A stretch of 64,000 nt of DNA from Dicyema japonicum (lineage: Eukaryota > Animalia > Dicyemida): NCBI GenBank assembly GCA_011109175.1, contig RDEW01000037.1, positions 450,079 through 514,078 on the forward strand, read 5' to 3'. The position numbers and the translations under genes are program-made. Positions 51,781 through 63,260 of the stretch are shown in pieces; the first letter of the stretch is position 1; each line of letters opens with the position of its first letter. A model generated the notes under the pieces. It worked only from the letters and a program-made list of their open reading frames with translations. It was not told where the DNA came from and ran no database searches.

Positions 51781-52949
51781 GGCTCAATTGGACAAGGCAC
51801 TCTCGGAGTTGTTTCAGCAACCAGAATCGGACCTGCCTTAGGAGACTGGGGAACAAGCAAGAGAAGAAGGTTGTTGATTATTAAATATTAACTTTTTATT
51901 GTTTGTTAAATAAAGTGAAGTAATTTTCTGATAAAAATAAATAATAAATGAGAAGGGTGTACATCACCCCTCTCAAATTCCTATTCCACAAATCATCGTC
52001 TACAGAGTAGTTGCGGTGGATCCGAGAAGGCGCATGAGGAGAGGATGGGAAATCCTACTGAGGCTTTCGAGATCACTTAATTAATTTATTAAATTAACTA
52101 TTGGATTTCTTGGGTTAAAAAAAACCCCTCCCACATACATTGGGTTGACGAGTGACGCCGTATCAGTGTTTCATCCTATAAAATCCTCACAAAAAAATAA
52201 TTGAGAACTGGATACACTTAATTAGATGTTGACTTCTTACTTGGTGTATCTGGGGTTAATAATAATTGGGAATCATCAGGACTACCAATGACTCTATGGG
52301 GCTTGTGCAAGTTCCCAGCACTCTCAGCTGGACAGTCAACCTCGTATAATTGAGAACTGGATACACTTAATTAGATGTTGACTTCTTACTTGGTGTATCT
52401 GGGGTTAATAATAATTGGGAATCATCAGGACTACCAATGACTCTATGGGGCTTGTGCAAGTTCCCAGCACTCTCAGCTGGACAGTCAACCTCGTACATAT
52501 CTGTTAGGTGTAACTAACAAAAGCCACTTCGCAAATCTTTGAAACAGAGAGCTTTAATGTGGGTCACCTGTTCGTGAAAAAACATACTTAGCGAACTGAT
52601 CCAACCTCTCTCCCCTACCAATCGACTACCAAATAGTCGGCTTGTTGTGAATACAGGAAGATCACTAAGCTACTGTTCCTAGATTTATTTTACTTAAAAT
52701 AGCGTACCATCCTCAAAAATGTCATTATCCTAGTAATTATTAATTTTATATGCCACCTCCATAATAATTTACTAGTGATATCCCCCAAAATAAAAAGTTT
52801 ACCCTTTGTGTCGATCAAATAAATCATTGTCATGAGATATAAAGTTTCGGAATACCGGATACACTAGACTTTGTGGTCGAATCTCTGCTGACAAAAAATA
52901 GTAGCTTCGACATGACCACATTTAGAAGCAAAAAGGATATTATGAACAG

Positions 52950-53580
52950 TCAAATATGGTCATAAACATGGTGACAAATAGGGAGGTCCCCGTCGTAGAT
53001 AACCTCAGACTTGTGCTTTAATCTTTAATAATGCAACTGCCTACATAAATACGGTCGGATCTATTGGAGGGAAGAATACATCACAGTCATAATGACGGGC
53101 AATTACTGTCAAATATATCCTGCCCACGTGGAGTTGGATGAGAGAATCCTACAATAACCACATTAATACTTCATACACTCGCTGTCCCCCAATACAGCAT
53201 ATTTCATGCACATTAGGCATTTCCTGGAGGGAAAAGTAAGCATTGGTGAGGGAGTTGAATAATAGCACGTGGTTTTCAGTACTGTGAGGAATATCGGCGT
53301 TGGGGGAACAGCTTAGAACAGCGTTAACTCTGTTTGGAAGAGGTCGATTCTTTTTGGGGATTGATTCCCAAGTTTTCCGTCCCATTATAACAGCGTTTTG
53401 CATTCCAAACATAATCTACTTAAAATACCGTCAGGTGCCTCAGATGTCACACTCTTAAAGTATTTCAGATCTATTCTACTATATTAAAATTTTGATGAAC
53501 TTGGAAAACCAAGGAATTTTCCCTTTAAATCCTATCCCGTTGTTTAAACACGTGGCAACCACCAGACTAACCTGTCTCAT
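52950..53580 (-). CDS. DHFR: Monofunctional dihydrofolate reductase; 4 micro-introns (22, 23 non-canonical, 21, 22 nt)
   Basis: VVAT..NNGIGFKGKIPW, DLKYFK, QNAVIMGRKTWESIP, RPLPNRVN, CIGGQRVYE, IYLT, YDCDVFFP; TGA stop at 52950-52952 with no TS domain following. Confidence 0.95.
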
Positions 53581-53868
53581 TTAAATGACTAATAGTTATA
53601 ATTTTTTATTTCAATTAAATAATATTTTTGATATTTTAAAATTCTCTTATTTTAACTGATAAAAGTAATTTAAACAAATAGTAAATTCAAGATTCGCCTT
53701 TCCATTCCCAGCGGTTATGTGCTCTCAATGTCTTATGTTGCTTATGTTTACCTCGTGACAATAATAATTCGCATAAAAAAAATTTGTATAATATTTAAAT
53801 TTTGTAATTAATAAATTATCATTTTAATAAATAATATTTAAATAATTAATAATTAAAAAGTTTAGAAC
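53581..53868. promoter_or_regulatory. Putative bidirectional promoter between DHFR and the SLC25A26-like gene
   Basis: 288-bp AT-rich spacer between two divergent ATGs. Confidence 0.5.
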
Positions 53869-54828
53869 ATGGCAGAATTATTAGTAAACTTTGTAAAATA
53901 TTTTAAAGACATTCATCTCATTAAACGCATGTAACGAGCTAATAACATTCCCATTGGACACAATCAAAACAAGAATGCAAAGCAAAGTGGGGTACTCACA
54001 CCCAATATCACTCTCAAAGTTCTACTCAGGCATTTCTCCTTCAATTGTTAACACTCTTATTGGAAGTATGTTTTGTATCTTCAATCAGCAATGACTCACG
54101 TCGCAATGTATGAGGTTTCCCATTCCACCCTTCTGAGCAAGGGATATAGGAAACGTGACCCAACAGCTCAGGTTTTGTCTTCAATCTTCGCCTATTCCGT
54201 ACTTTTATTGCATAATGTGAGACTACGTCCATCTTCCTCTGCCCATTGGAGGTGATCAAACAGAACTCCCAATTTCTGTCCATAAGGTCTACGAAATGTG
54301 CCTCGAAAATTTACAATTTACATGTCATCCACAATTTTACTTTTAGGGGATCACTGGTTTCTACCGAGGATTTATAGCCTTTGTCTATAGAGACATCACG
54401 ATGGTCTCCGTCCATCTGCTGCTTTCGTATCATCTTCAGGTTGAACTTGTATCAAATTTAGAATGTCTGGAGCTTTTTTCAAGAACGAAGAGTTGACAAG
54501 AATCAGTCAATCTGCTGCTCTGTTTTTGCCGGTTTGATTATTTTGTGACCTCTTTGTAGGGTTGGTGGGTCTTTTGGTCAGTTCACCACTGGATGTGCTC
54601 AAGACCAGAAAAATGTTGATGGTAGTTAGTTTGCAATTATTCCAAGGATGACTGGAGTCCAAAATATGTAGAGGTCCGTGAAGTTGTTAAGGATTTGAAT
54701 AAGAGGGGAATTCGTGGGTGTTGCAATCTCTTATGTTTAGATACTTTATTGGTACCTCATATCGTGCTGTGATCTTCTTAGCTTATATTATTTCCTATAA
54801 TTATATTTTCTATGACAAATTGAGTTAA
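53869..54828 (+). CDS. SLC25A26: Mitochondrial carrier, S-adenosylmethionine carrier-like; 8 micro-introns (25,23,23,23,22,28,25,23 nt)
   Basis: Three carrier signatures FPLDTIKTRMQS, CPLEVIKQNSQ and SPLDVLKTRKML, plus GFYRGF...RDI. All eight GT-AG splices give one open frame. Confidence 0.88.
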
Positions 54829-55708
54829 ATTACCATATTCTTGCAAAAGTACCATTTAAGCTCGACTTTTTATAACTCGGAAGAATATTGGTACCTCATA
54901 CCGTGCTGTGATCTTCTTAGCTTATATTATTTCCTATAATTATATTTTCTATGACAAATTGAGTTAAATTACCATATTCTTGCAAAAGTACCATTTTAGC
55001 TTGACTTTTTATAACTCGGAGGAAGAGTGATTTGTGCCAGTTCACTGATATTGATAAGATCAACTGCTTTATATTAAAAAGTTAAGTTAGCCATGTGGTT
55101 ATTTGATAGTACGGTTTAGGTGATCCTTGCACAAAATGTTTACCTCCATTCATGATAAGTGAAAACTGACTTCTTTTTTCTCGTGAGCAACAACGAGGTA
55201 GCAGAGTCAGTAGAAACTGAAAACCCTAACTTCTGAACTAAAAGGTGTTTAAAGCACAAAGCCCATTTGGAAGGACTAGGAAATCACTATTCTCTCAACC
55301 CTTATTAACCACCAGGTCAATTCAATTTCCTTACAACTCAAGCACATTTGTTACTACAACCTTACGAGTGTTACACCNAGAGTCAGTAGAAACCGAAAAC
55401 CCTAACTTCTGAACTAAAAGGTGTTTAAAGCACAAAGCCATTTGGAAGGACTAGGAAATCACTATTCCCTCAACCCTTGGTAACCACCAGCACCTTATAG
55501 GTCAATTCAATTTCCTTACAACTCAAGCACATTTGTTGCTGCAACCTTACGAGTGTTACACCGATTCTCACAAAACAAGTCAACCTCCTCAAATATAAGC
55601 ATGCAAAACACAATGCACATTTGTGCAAGCATTGATTATCAATAAAATCCTAACTACCGTGGTTAGTAATTTAAAACAATAATATTAACAGAACTGTATA
55701 CAAATATA

Positions 55709-56443
55709 TCATATATCGTCATAATATATGTCCAGCAAGTCAGATAACTGCTCAGTGTCCATTTTTATGTCCTCAGGAAACTCTGGTTTCTTAGAAGGGA
55801 CAGAACACTGCATGCTCTCCATTCTGTGCATATATAACAAATACTCCAACTAATAATAATTAAAGAATTTAACGTTGTCTTTTTCGCTGGTTAAGTTCAA
55901 CTCGCAGTCGTTGGGGACAAACTCGTTGTTTCCAAAGAGAACATGCCCAGCGGAAATTTGACGGGAGAGCAAGTAGCTCTGATCCTGCATTTTTCTCCAG
56001 AGAGTTTTGAGAGCTGCAAGCTGCTCAGTCATCCACTTGTGTTTAACATAAATTATGGCATTCCTGTGTCTCTTCTTTTCACGGGACTTTCTAGCAGCCT
56101 GGAATAAAAAGTAAAATACCTCATTGTTTTTGACACGTTTTTCTCGGTATTCGACGTCGTTAAATGAAAGAGTCCTAACATTTGGTTTTCTGTTATGCTT
56201 GGGTTCATACATTTCACTGTGGTCACCCGGTATAAGTAAGCTGTGCTGGTCCTGGAGTGAGTAGTTGTAGTCTGAAGGCCACATTTTAGCGGATTGTAAT
56301 GAAATGTAGTCGTTAAAGTCGCAGTAGAAAGATTCGTCGTTATAAAACGATGCAGGCATGCCAGATTCATCACTTGTTTGGAACAACAAATTGTTCAATT
56401 CGTCGTACACGTGTCCATCATTCCCAAATCCATTTGGGTCCAT
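55709..56443 (-). CDS. bZIP transcription factor, PAR/NFIL3/CEBP-like; introns of 21 and 24 nt
   Basis: YREKRVKNNE|AARKSREKKR basic region after removing a 21-nt in-frame intron. A second 24-nt intron extends the frame to TGA at 55709-55711. Confidence 0.85.
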
Positions 56444-56797
56444 TAACCTACGGTAATAATCGAATAAATAATGTTTGTTAAATAATATCTGTTACCTTGA
56501 AATGATTTTTCTCACTGTGACGCAATTTATAGCTCACCATTATGCAAGAAATTGATTTATTCACGTAAAAATTACACATTCAAATTTAAAATATAATTTC
56601 AAGATTAATTAAAATATATATTTTTTAATTATAATTCACGTCAGTAGTTTGGCGGGTGTTTGAAATTTTCATTAATATCACCTCCAGTTAGCCATGGTTT
56701 CCTTGAGGGGACCGGAGTAAATAAACCTTACACACCAATGACCCCCTAATAAACTCAAATTCTCACAAATAAATCAACAATTTATTAAAACAGATCA

Positions 56798-57344
56798 TTA
56801 TCCAAAAAAATCAATTGATTTTTCGTAAAATTCAATCACGACTTGGGGACATCTGACGTTAGCCACAGAGGCGGGGATCAAGTCGACTATTACTGACTCA
56901 CTCTTCCTATAAATGGGGACCACTAGGACAACCACTTCACTAGGAATATTAATATGCCGTCTATTTTCTTTACTCCAATAATCTTTTCAGGCAAAAGACC
57001 CCTGTTGAATCCAAACTCACCCAAAATCCCGTCAGGTCCAATTTTAAGGAACCGCTGAAATAAAAAGAGGTCGAACCTGTTCGTTATTGGCTAAATTCAT
57101 ATTCCTCTTTATTCGATCCCTCGCTCTGTAGTTCGCACTATTTACCCTCTTTCTCAGTCGTTTTTCAAATTCCTCAATTAATTTAGGAGAATACAAGTTC
57201 GTTTCACATTCCCACGTGTTTTGATCACTGTGGAATATATTGAGAGAACAACCTAGCGTATCCCTTCCATTTGATCAGATAATATGTAGCGCCGTCGAAA
57301 ACCCCCTTGTCAAGAATACGTTCGACTTCATAAACGTCAGACAT
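56798..57344 (-). CDS. HP1: Heterochromatin protein 1 (chromo + chromoshadow), ~157 aa; introns of 25, 22, 26 nt; absent from the ORF track
   Basis: YEVERILDK...YLIKWKGYASDQNTWECETNL and RGLLPEKIIG...LIFLVKW...LIPASVANVRCPQVVIEFYE. Confidence 0.95.
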
Positions 57345-57570
57345 AAACGTTGAGCAACAAATAAGAAATTTAAATATATTTTCTATATTTATTTTTTATA
57401 TCATTTATGAGATTATATATTTAACGCTACTGAAACAATGTTCGTCTACAATGCCAAGACTGACCGATCTATGGGAGCAACAGACATCTGCTTCCTAATT
57501 AATAGCTGCTGGCCTCCTTAAAGTTAGTGAGGCTGGGGTTACTTAACTAACTAATTAAATGAAAGAATTA

Positions 57571-57914
57571 NNNNNNNNNNNNNNNNNNNNNNNNNNNNNN
57601 NNNNNNNNNNNNNNNNNNNNNNNNNNNNNNNNNNNNNNNNNNNNNNNNNNNNNNNNNNNNNNNNNNNNNNNNNNNNNNNNNNNNNNNNNNNNNNNNNNNN
57701 NNNNNNNNNNNNNNNNNNNNNNNNNNNNNNNNNNNNNNNNNNNNNNNNNNNNNNNNNNNNNNNNNNNNNNNNNNNNNNNNNNNNNNNNNNNNNNNNNNNN
57801 NNNNNNNNNNNNNNNNNNNNNNNNNNNNNNNNNNNNNNNNNNNNNNNNNNNNNNNNNNNNNNNNNNNNNNNNNNNNNNNNNNNNNNNNNNNNNNNNNNNN
57901 NNNNNNNNNNNNNN
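57571..57914. other. Assembly gap (run of N)
   Basis: Continuous N bases. Confidence 1.
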
Positions 57915-58685
57915 TTTTATGCAGTCTGGAAATAATAATAGTAAATAAAAGTGCGAATATGATTAACCGCAAACTCAATTGCTGAAAATGAGAACACAAG
58001 AAACCTCCAAACAAGTCTTTTGTGAATTCCTCTGCCAGGGGAGTGCCTAAAGGTAACAATAGAGTCAGCCGACCCGGGCAGCACGCTGTATGGGGATGCA
58101 GATCCGAGCCATAAGGTTCATTTTATTAAGCTATACTCACTTTTTTCGATTTTTTTCATCATTGACATGATAGACTCTAGACATAGAGCTCATGGGTTTT
58201 AATCGATGGCAGCTCGATGTGAATCAGCGCCTTTCAAGATTATATTTGATCAGCACTAAAAGAAATTCCTGACAAGTGAGGTGAAAGAAGATGTGATACA
58301 GACTGTTGTTGACACCAAGGACATTGACTTTTTGTTTATTGTTCAGTGAATTTAAAGTTATTTTCCAAAACCACCGTCATAGCCAGAATGAAAAAAATCA
58401 GGTGATCCTGGCCTCCCTCAGCAGTCTTCGCATGCTCGGACTTTAAGGAAGTGCTGTCAGAGGAACTCCTCTGGATGGTTGTTGACTAATGGTCCTTTTT
58501 GGATATAATTTAGGATTATATCTGGCGCCGCCAGAGATGACATGATTGTTTAGTAAATATTATGATGAAACACCTCACTCTTACTTGATCCTTTACTTCA
58601 CGATTTTGTAGGTTATCTATAAGGGCATCATTATCATACACTCGCACAGGAAGCAGAAAGCTTTGGCACGCCCTTGCTCTCGGCT

Positions 58686-58900
58686 AATCTATAAGTTTAT
58701 GATAACGGTCACTGATAAACGAATCTCTCTGTTTATTTACAAGTTTAGGATAGGGTCACTGATAAACAAATCTTTACGTGTCCTCCTGTTTATTTGCAAT
58801 TTTAGGATAGGGTCTCCAATTGATGTATCATTTACGTGTCTCCCCGTTTATCTGCAAGTTTAGGATAGGGTCTCCAATAGATGAATAATGTACGAGTCCC
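58686..58900. repeat. Degenerate ~57-58 bp minisatellite, ~4 units
   Basis: GTTTAT(T/C)T(G/A)CAA(G/T)TTTAGGATAGGGTC recurs at ~58731, 58788 and 58846, with a diverged unit at ~58686. Confidence 0.85.
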
Positions 58901-59124
58901 CTAATAAATCCAAAAAATGTATGGTTTAGTTAGTGGTCAACAAAACAATTAAATATCAAACCTGTTGTGACAGTGCTAAAATCACAACAAATTGACGACA
59001 GGAATAAACCCCTTTGGAGAATCAGTGTCAGCTATCATAACGAATGAGTCGATTGAGGTCATTCTAATTATACACAATTTCGTGAAATACACATGTATTG
59101 AAAGCTAATAATAAAATGTAAAGT

Positions 59125-60187
59125 TTAAATGAATTCCTCGAGAATCTGACAGACAAAGCAAGTCTCCTCTGGCATATTCTCACACTTAGTGTATGACAAT
59201 TCCTCTTCTGGGGAGATCTGTTTGAATATATAAAAGTTGCTGTGAAGCCATTCGTAGTTCACGTGCTCATCCAAACTAATTCTCCTCCTTGGTTCAATGG
59301 CCAGGCTCTTTGAAATATATTTGGCCGCTTCCTCGCTCAAATTAAGGTTAAAGTTCCCACTAATAATTTCGGTCATTAAATCGTCGGGTTTTGACTTGAC
59401 AAATTGCATGTAAAAGATAATCCCAAGACTCCAGGACATGAATGAGTCGTAGTCCACAGACATATTATCGGCACATTCTGGGGGAGAGTACACTCCATCG
59501 CCTTCAAATTAGTCAAATTGACCAAACCGAGGTACAAGAAGCTGTCTGTGCTAAACCTAACATTTGTGAGGTCACATATCTTCAAAGTCGCCCTGTGAAG
59601 GTCAAATTTAAAGTCCCCAAGACTTAACCCCCTGTGTTGAAGCCCATAATCCCTCAGTTCGGCAATAATTCTAATAATCTAAACAATGCATAATAAAATT
59701 GACACCATTTTCTGGAAATAGCAAACTTCAACCTCCGCCAGCGAGTCAATAGCCCTGATGAAGACTTTGAGGCCAACTGTATGTCTGGCACGTTCCATAA
59801 TGATAATGTAATATTCCTTGAATATAAAAAATTCAAGCATTTTGGTTTTAAAGCTGGATCCCTTCAAATGAATGTTGACGGCAATCTCCATAGGAATCTC
59901 GCCACCATTGCCCTACAAATAAGCATTAACGACAACCTCACGGTGTGTGGGCCCCATTTCTGATATTTTGATCACAACCTGGGGGATTATAAATAAGGAC
60001 AGACCAGTTTGCCATCACTGAGCCTGACAGCATTAAAATTAATCCCATGACAGTCATAGTAGGAATCGTAGTCAATATCGTAGACATATCTGAGGAAATC
60101 GAGCTCATTTCTAAAATAGGGAGAACCTGCAAACCCAGAGGTGGTAGGATACTGTCTTAAAAGAACATCAGAGGGAAGACGTATCAT
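59125..60187 (-). CDS. PIM-family-like pseudokinase; introns of 26, 24, 27, 26 nt
   Basis: RLSDGKLVVIK, IPMEI, LQHRGLSLGD, LKICDLT, VYSPPEC, SWSLGII and LAIEPRRRISL. Splicing gives one open frame. Confidence 0.85.
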
Positions 60188-62399
60188 AAAAACACAATTT
60201 GCTGCGATGTGTACATTTTAACTTTACGATTAACGCCAAACCGCAAATAAAGCCATTTTGGTATTTAATCGCAATTATTAAAACCATAATGTTATAATTG
60301 TCAACATTATCCTCCTTGCCTCGTTTCCTACTTAAATAAGCAAAATTAAACAAACCGACAACCATTATAGCCATTAGTGAGACCGGATTTCATTGCAAAT
60401 TGTAGAGGAGGTTGGCTCTTCCTTTTTGCTATCAGTGATCAGATGAATAGCGAGTTGGACACAAACATACTAAAAATCAATAAGTTATTGTTTGCATTGA
60501 CCGACAATGTTAATGAAAACAAAGTTGACTGCGTGCTATAACAATAGTCAACGATAATACAATTGATGGGTGCGTGAACAAGTGAAGCATAATAATGAAG
60601 TATGGCAATGTAAACACGTATGCGTGCTATAACAATAGTCAACGATAATACAATTGATGGGTGCGTGAACAAGTGAAGCATAATAATGAAGTATGGCGAT
60701 GTAAACACGTATTACATGTCATTAAAGCGACAGTTTTGAACGTGGAAGGTCATACAATTTGAAGGTCAACACGTGCTACAAAAAATATTCATTGTTTTTT
60801 GGCGGGCAATACTGACACGTGATATATTTTATTTTAAAAATTTATTTGTAATAAAGTTTAATTTTAATTTAATTGAGTTTAGTCATTTTAATTTATTTAA
60901 TTAAAACCAAGATTCACCTCACTTAAAGGTGAATACGTGGTGATCCCGGCCTCCTTAAGCACCCGTCTCATTCTTTCTCAGCAGTCTTTCTTGGAACCGA
61001 CGCACTTTTTGTATGTATGAGATACTTTTTCTGAATTTTGGAGATGCTATCTAGAAGTTTCTTTACTAAGCTTTCGTTGGGAGGAGAATATTACGTTGCT
61101 AACATGTTTANTTAAAGGTGAATACGTGGTGATCCCGGCCTCCTTAAGCACTTGTCTCATTCTTTCTCAGCAGTCTTTCTTGGAACCGACGCACTTTTTG
61201 TATGTATGAGATACTTTTTCTGAATTTTGGAGATGCTATCTAGAAGTGTCTTTACTAAGCTTTCGTTGGGAGGAGATTATTACGTCGCTAACATGTTTAC
61301 TGAATGCTATGATGGGGTCGTACGTGATACCGAGTAACCTGGTTAAAACTACATAAGGTCATAGTTTGTTAGTCCTATATTTGAAGTAAAGGTCATTGTA
61401 AAAGACTTTTCAGGGCTTGTATATAGTAGGTTCCTCATAAGCCAACTGCTCAGGTTGTCAAGTGGACCTTGCAAGTGAGTATCCAAAGTGTGAACACACT
61501 GGTCTCTTGCTGCGACCATTAAATCGTCAACATAAGAGTTCCAGACTACTGAGGTACAGTCATTCGGCCGATACGTGGTTGTGTGAGCTCAAAAGAGGAG
61601 CATCGGGCCAAGTTGAGTTCTTTGTTGGAGTGTGCTGGGATCACGTGATTAGTTAGTTTGTGTAACCTTGGTCTCTGGTGTTGTTGTTATTATTACTAGC
61701 GGATTATTGTCCGTGTCACTCTTTCAAGAGATTCAAGAAATAATAAACTATCAAATGAATAAGACCGTCCCTGAGACGTTTGATGGGAAACCGTGATTAG
61801 ACCTAACATTCAGGAAAACAAGATCATCTATACCGGTTCGGAGTCATTTCTGACTAAAGATGTGCTTTTGTCTAGGAAGATATCACTCACTGCAATATTT
61901 CGTCTACTTAACTTTGGAAAATAGCACAATTGCCATTGATTCACTGTCAGCTTTCCTCGAATCAACCAACAAAGACATGCGTGCTCAGCTAAGAGAATTT
62001 ATTGAGAGAATTTGTTGATTTGAAGCTCAAACCTGTCTTGGAATGCGCATATTCTTGCGATCCCTTTCGAAGAATATCACGTTTGAGGAGTTACATGCGT
62101 GCTCAGCTAAGAGAATTTATTGAGAGAATTTGTTGATTTGAAGCTCAAACCTGTCTTGGAATGCGCATATTCTTGCGATCCCTTTCGAAGAATATCACGT
62201 TTGAGGAGTTTTGACGTTTAAATGTAGGTGGGAAATCAAAAATTACGATTCTTCCCATTGAAGAGTGTGAATTGAAGATAAAATGAATGAGATTTCTGTA
62301 TTAATGACAATCAGACTCATAATTTGAATCATTTGGCTGTGAAAGGCTCTATAGTTTCCCAAAATCAAAATTTACAATGTTATTATGCGACAAGGTAAT

Positions 62400-63260
62400 G
62401 GAGGTAATCAAAATAAAGAAGGTTTCCATTGCAGGATCAAATCTCTACCAAAAATACAAAGTTGAATCATGCGAAAGTGTGATGATTGCAATAAAAAATG
62501 AGGAAGGCGGCGAAAGAATGTCAGTGCATAGAAGTCGAATTAAAAAATATGACTAATTTTCTTTATTTGGGAATTTCTACAATATCAGAAAGTATTAAAG
62601 ACTGTGAAAAATGGGAAAACTGTGAAAATACGATTAACATGTCAAGACAGCCAAGTGGAAAGCATCACCAAGTTGATAATTCACTTGATGAATGGATGCA
62701 ATCAATGGTCTGAGGATATCATCATTTCAAAAGCAAAGTATCTAATGTAAAGCCAATGATCTTGAATTTAGTAAAGGCTCATAGATTTAAGGGAAGATAT
62801 AATCTTAAACTAAAAGTTCTTCATGGGGAAGCTAACAGAGTATGAAATTTGAATAGACAAACATGATTATGTTAAAGGAAGTTGACCCTGACGTACTGCT
62901 ACTCATGGATGAAATTGAAATTTTTTTCATTGCTCCAAGCCACGTTTTAACCAAATTTTTTGAAAATTGAAATTTTATTCCTTCCAAAAAACACAACTGC
63001 TCATCTTCAATCATTGGATCCAGGTACCTCACGCAAGGAATGAAGTAAGAGAAGACACAATAAAAATTGTTTCAAAAAGACAGGGGCAATTAAATGTGAT
63101 TCATTTGCTAATGAAGATATGCAAGGTTTTCAATCATTGGATCCAGGTACCTCACGCAAGGAATGAAGTAAGAGAAGACACAATAAAAATTGTTTCAAAA
63201 AGACAGGGGCAATTAAATGTGATTCATTTGCTAATGAAGATATGCAAGGTTCTGTTTTGA
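62400..63260 (+). mobile_element. Tigger/pogo transposase remnant
   Basis: HHQVDNSLDEWM, GRYNLKLKVLHGEA; heavily disrupted. Confidence 0.6.

Noticed and set aside
55850-56120. Short introns in a bZIP gene suggesting IRE1-type (XBP1/HAC1) unconventional splicing
   Set aside because: Both introns are canonical GT-AG with lengths divisible by 3. I see no paired CNG/CNG stem-loops, and the basic region is PAR/NFIL3-like rather than XBP1-like.
57559-58059. ORF-track ORFs spanning the N gap
   Set aside because: Artefacts of translating through Ns.
58686-58900. CRISPR-like or telomere-like array (TTAGGATAGGG)
   Set aside because: The units are degenerate whole-unit repeats without unique spacers, the context is eukaryotic with no cas genes, and it is not a simple telomeric hexamer run.
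44274-63250. About 11 adjacent 90-250 bp duplications (e.g. 44274-44765, ~45390-45655, 47232-47628, ~49205-49455, ~52197-52495, ~54747-55021, ~55200-55563, ~60530-60711, ~60923-61297, ~61975-62210, ~63008-63250)
   Set aside because: They are exact or near-exact two-copy repeats of read-length scale, and four are joined by a single N (44523, 47429, 55378, 61111). This is typical of scaffold-junction or haplotype artefacts, so I did not treat them as biology. Raw-read depth would settle it.
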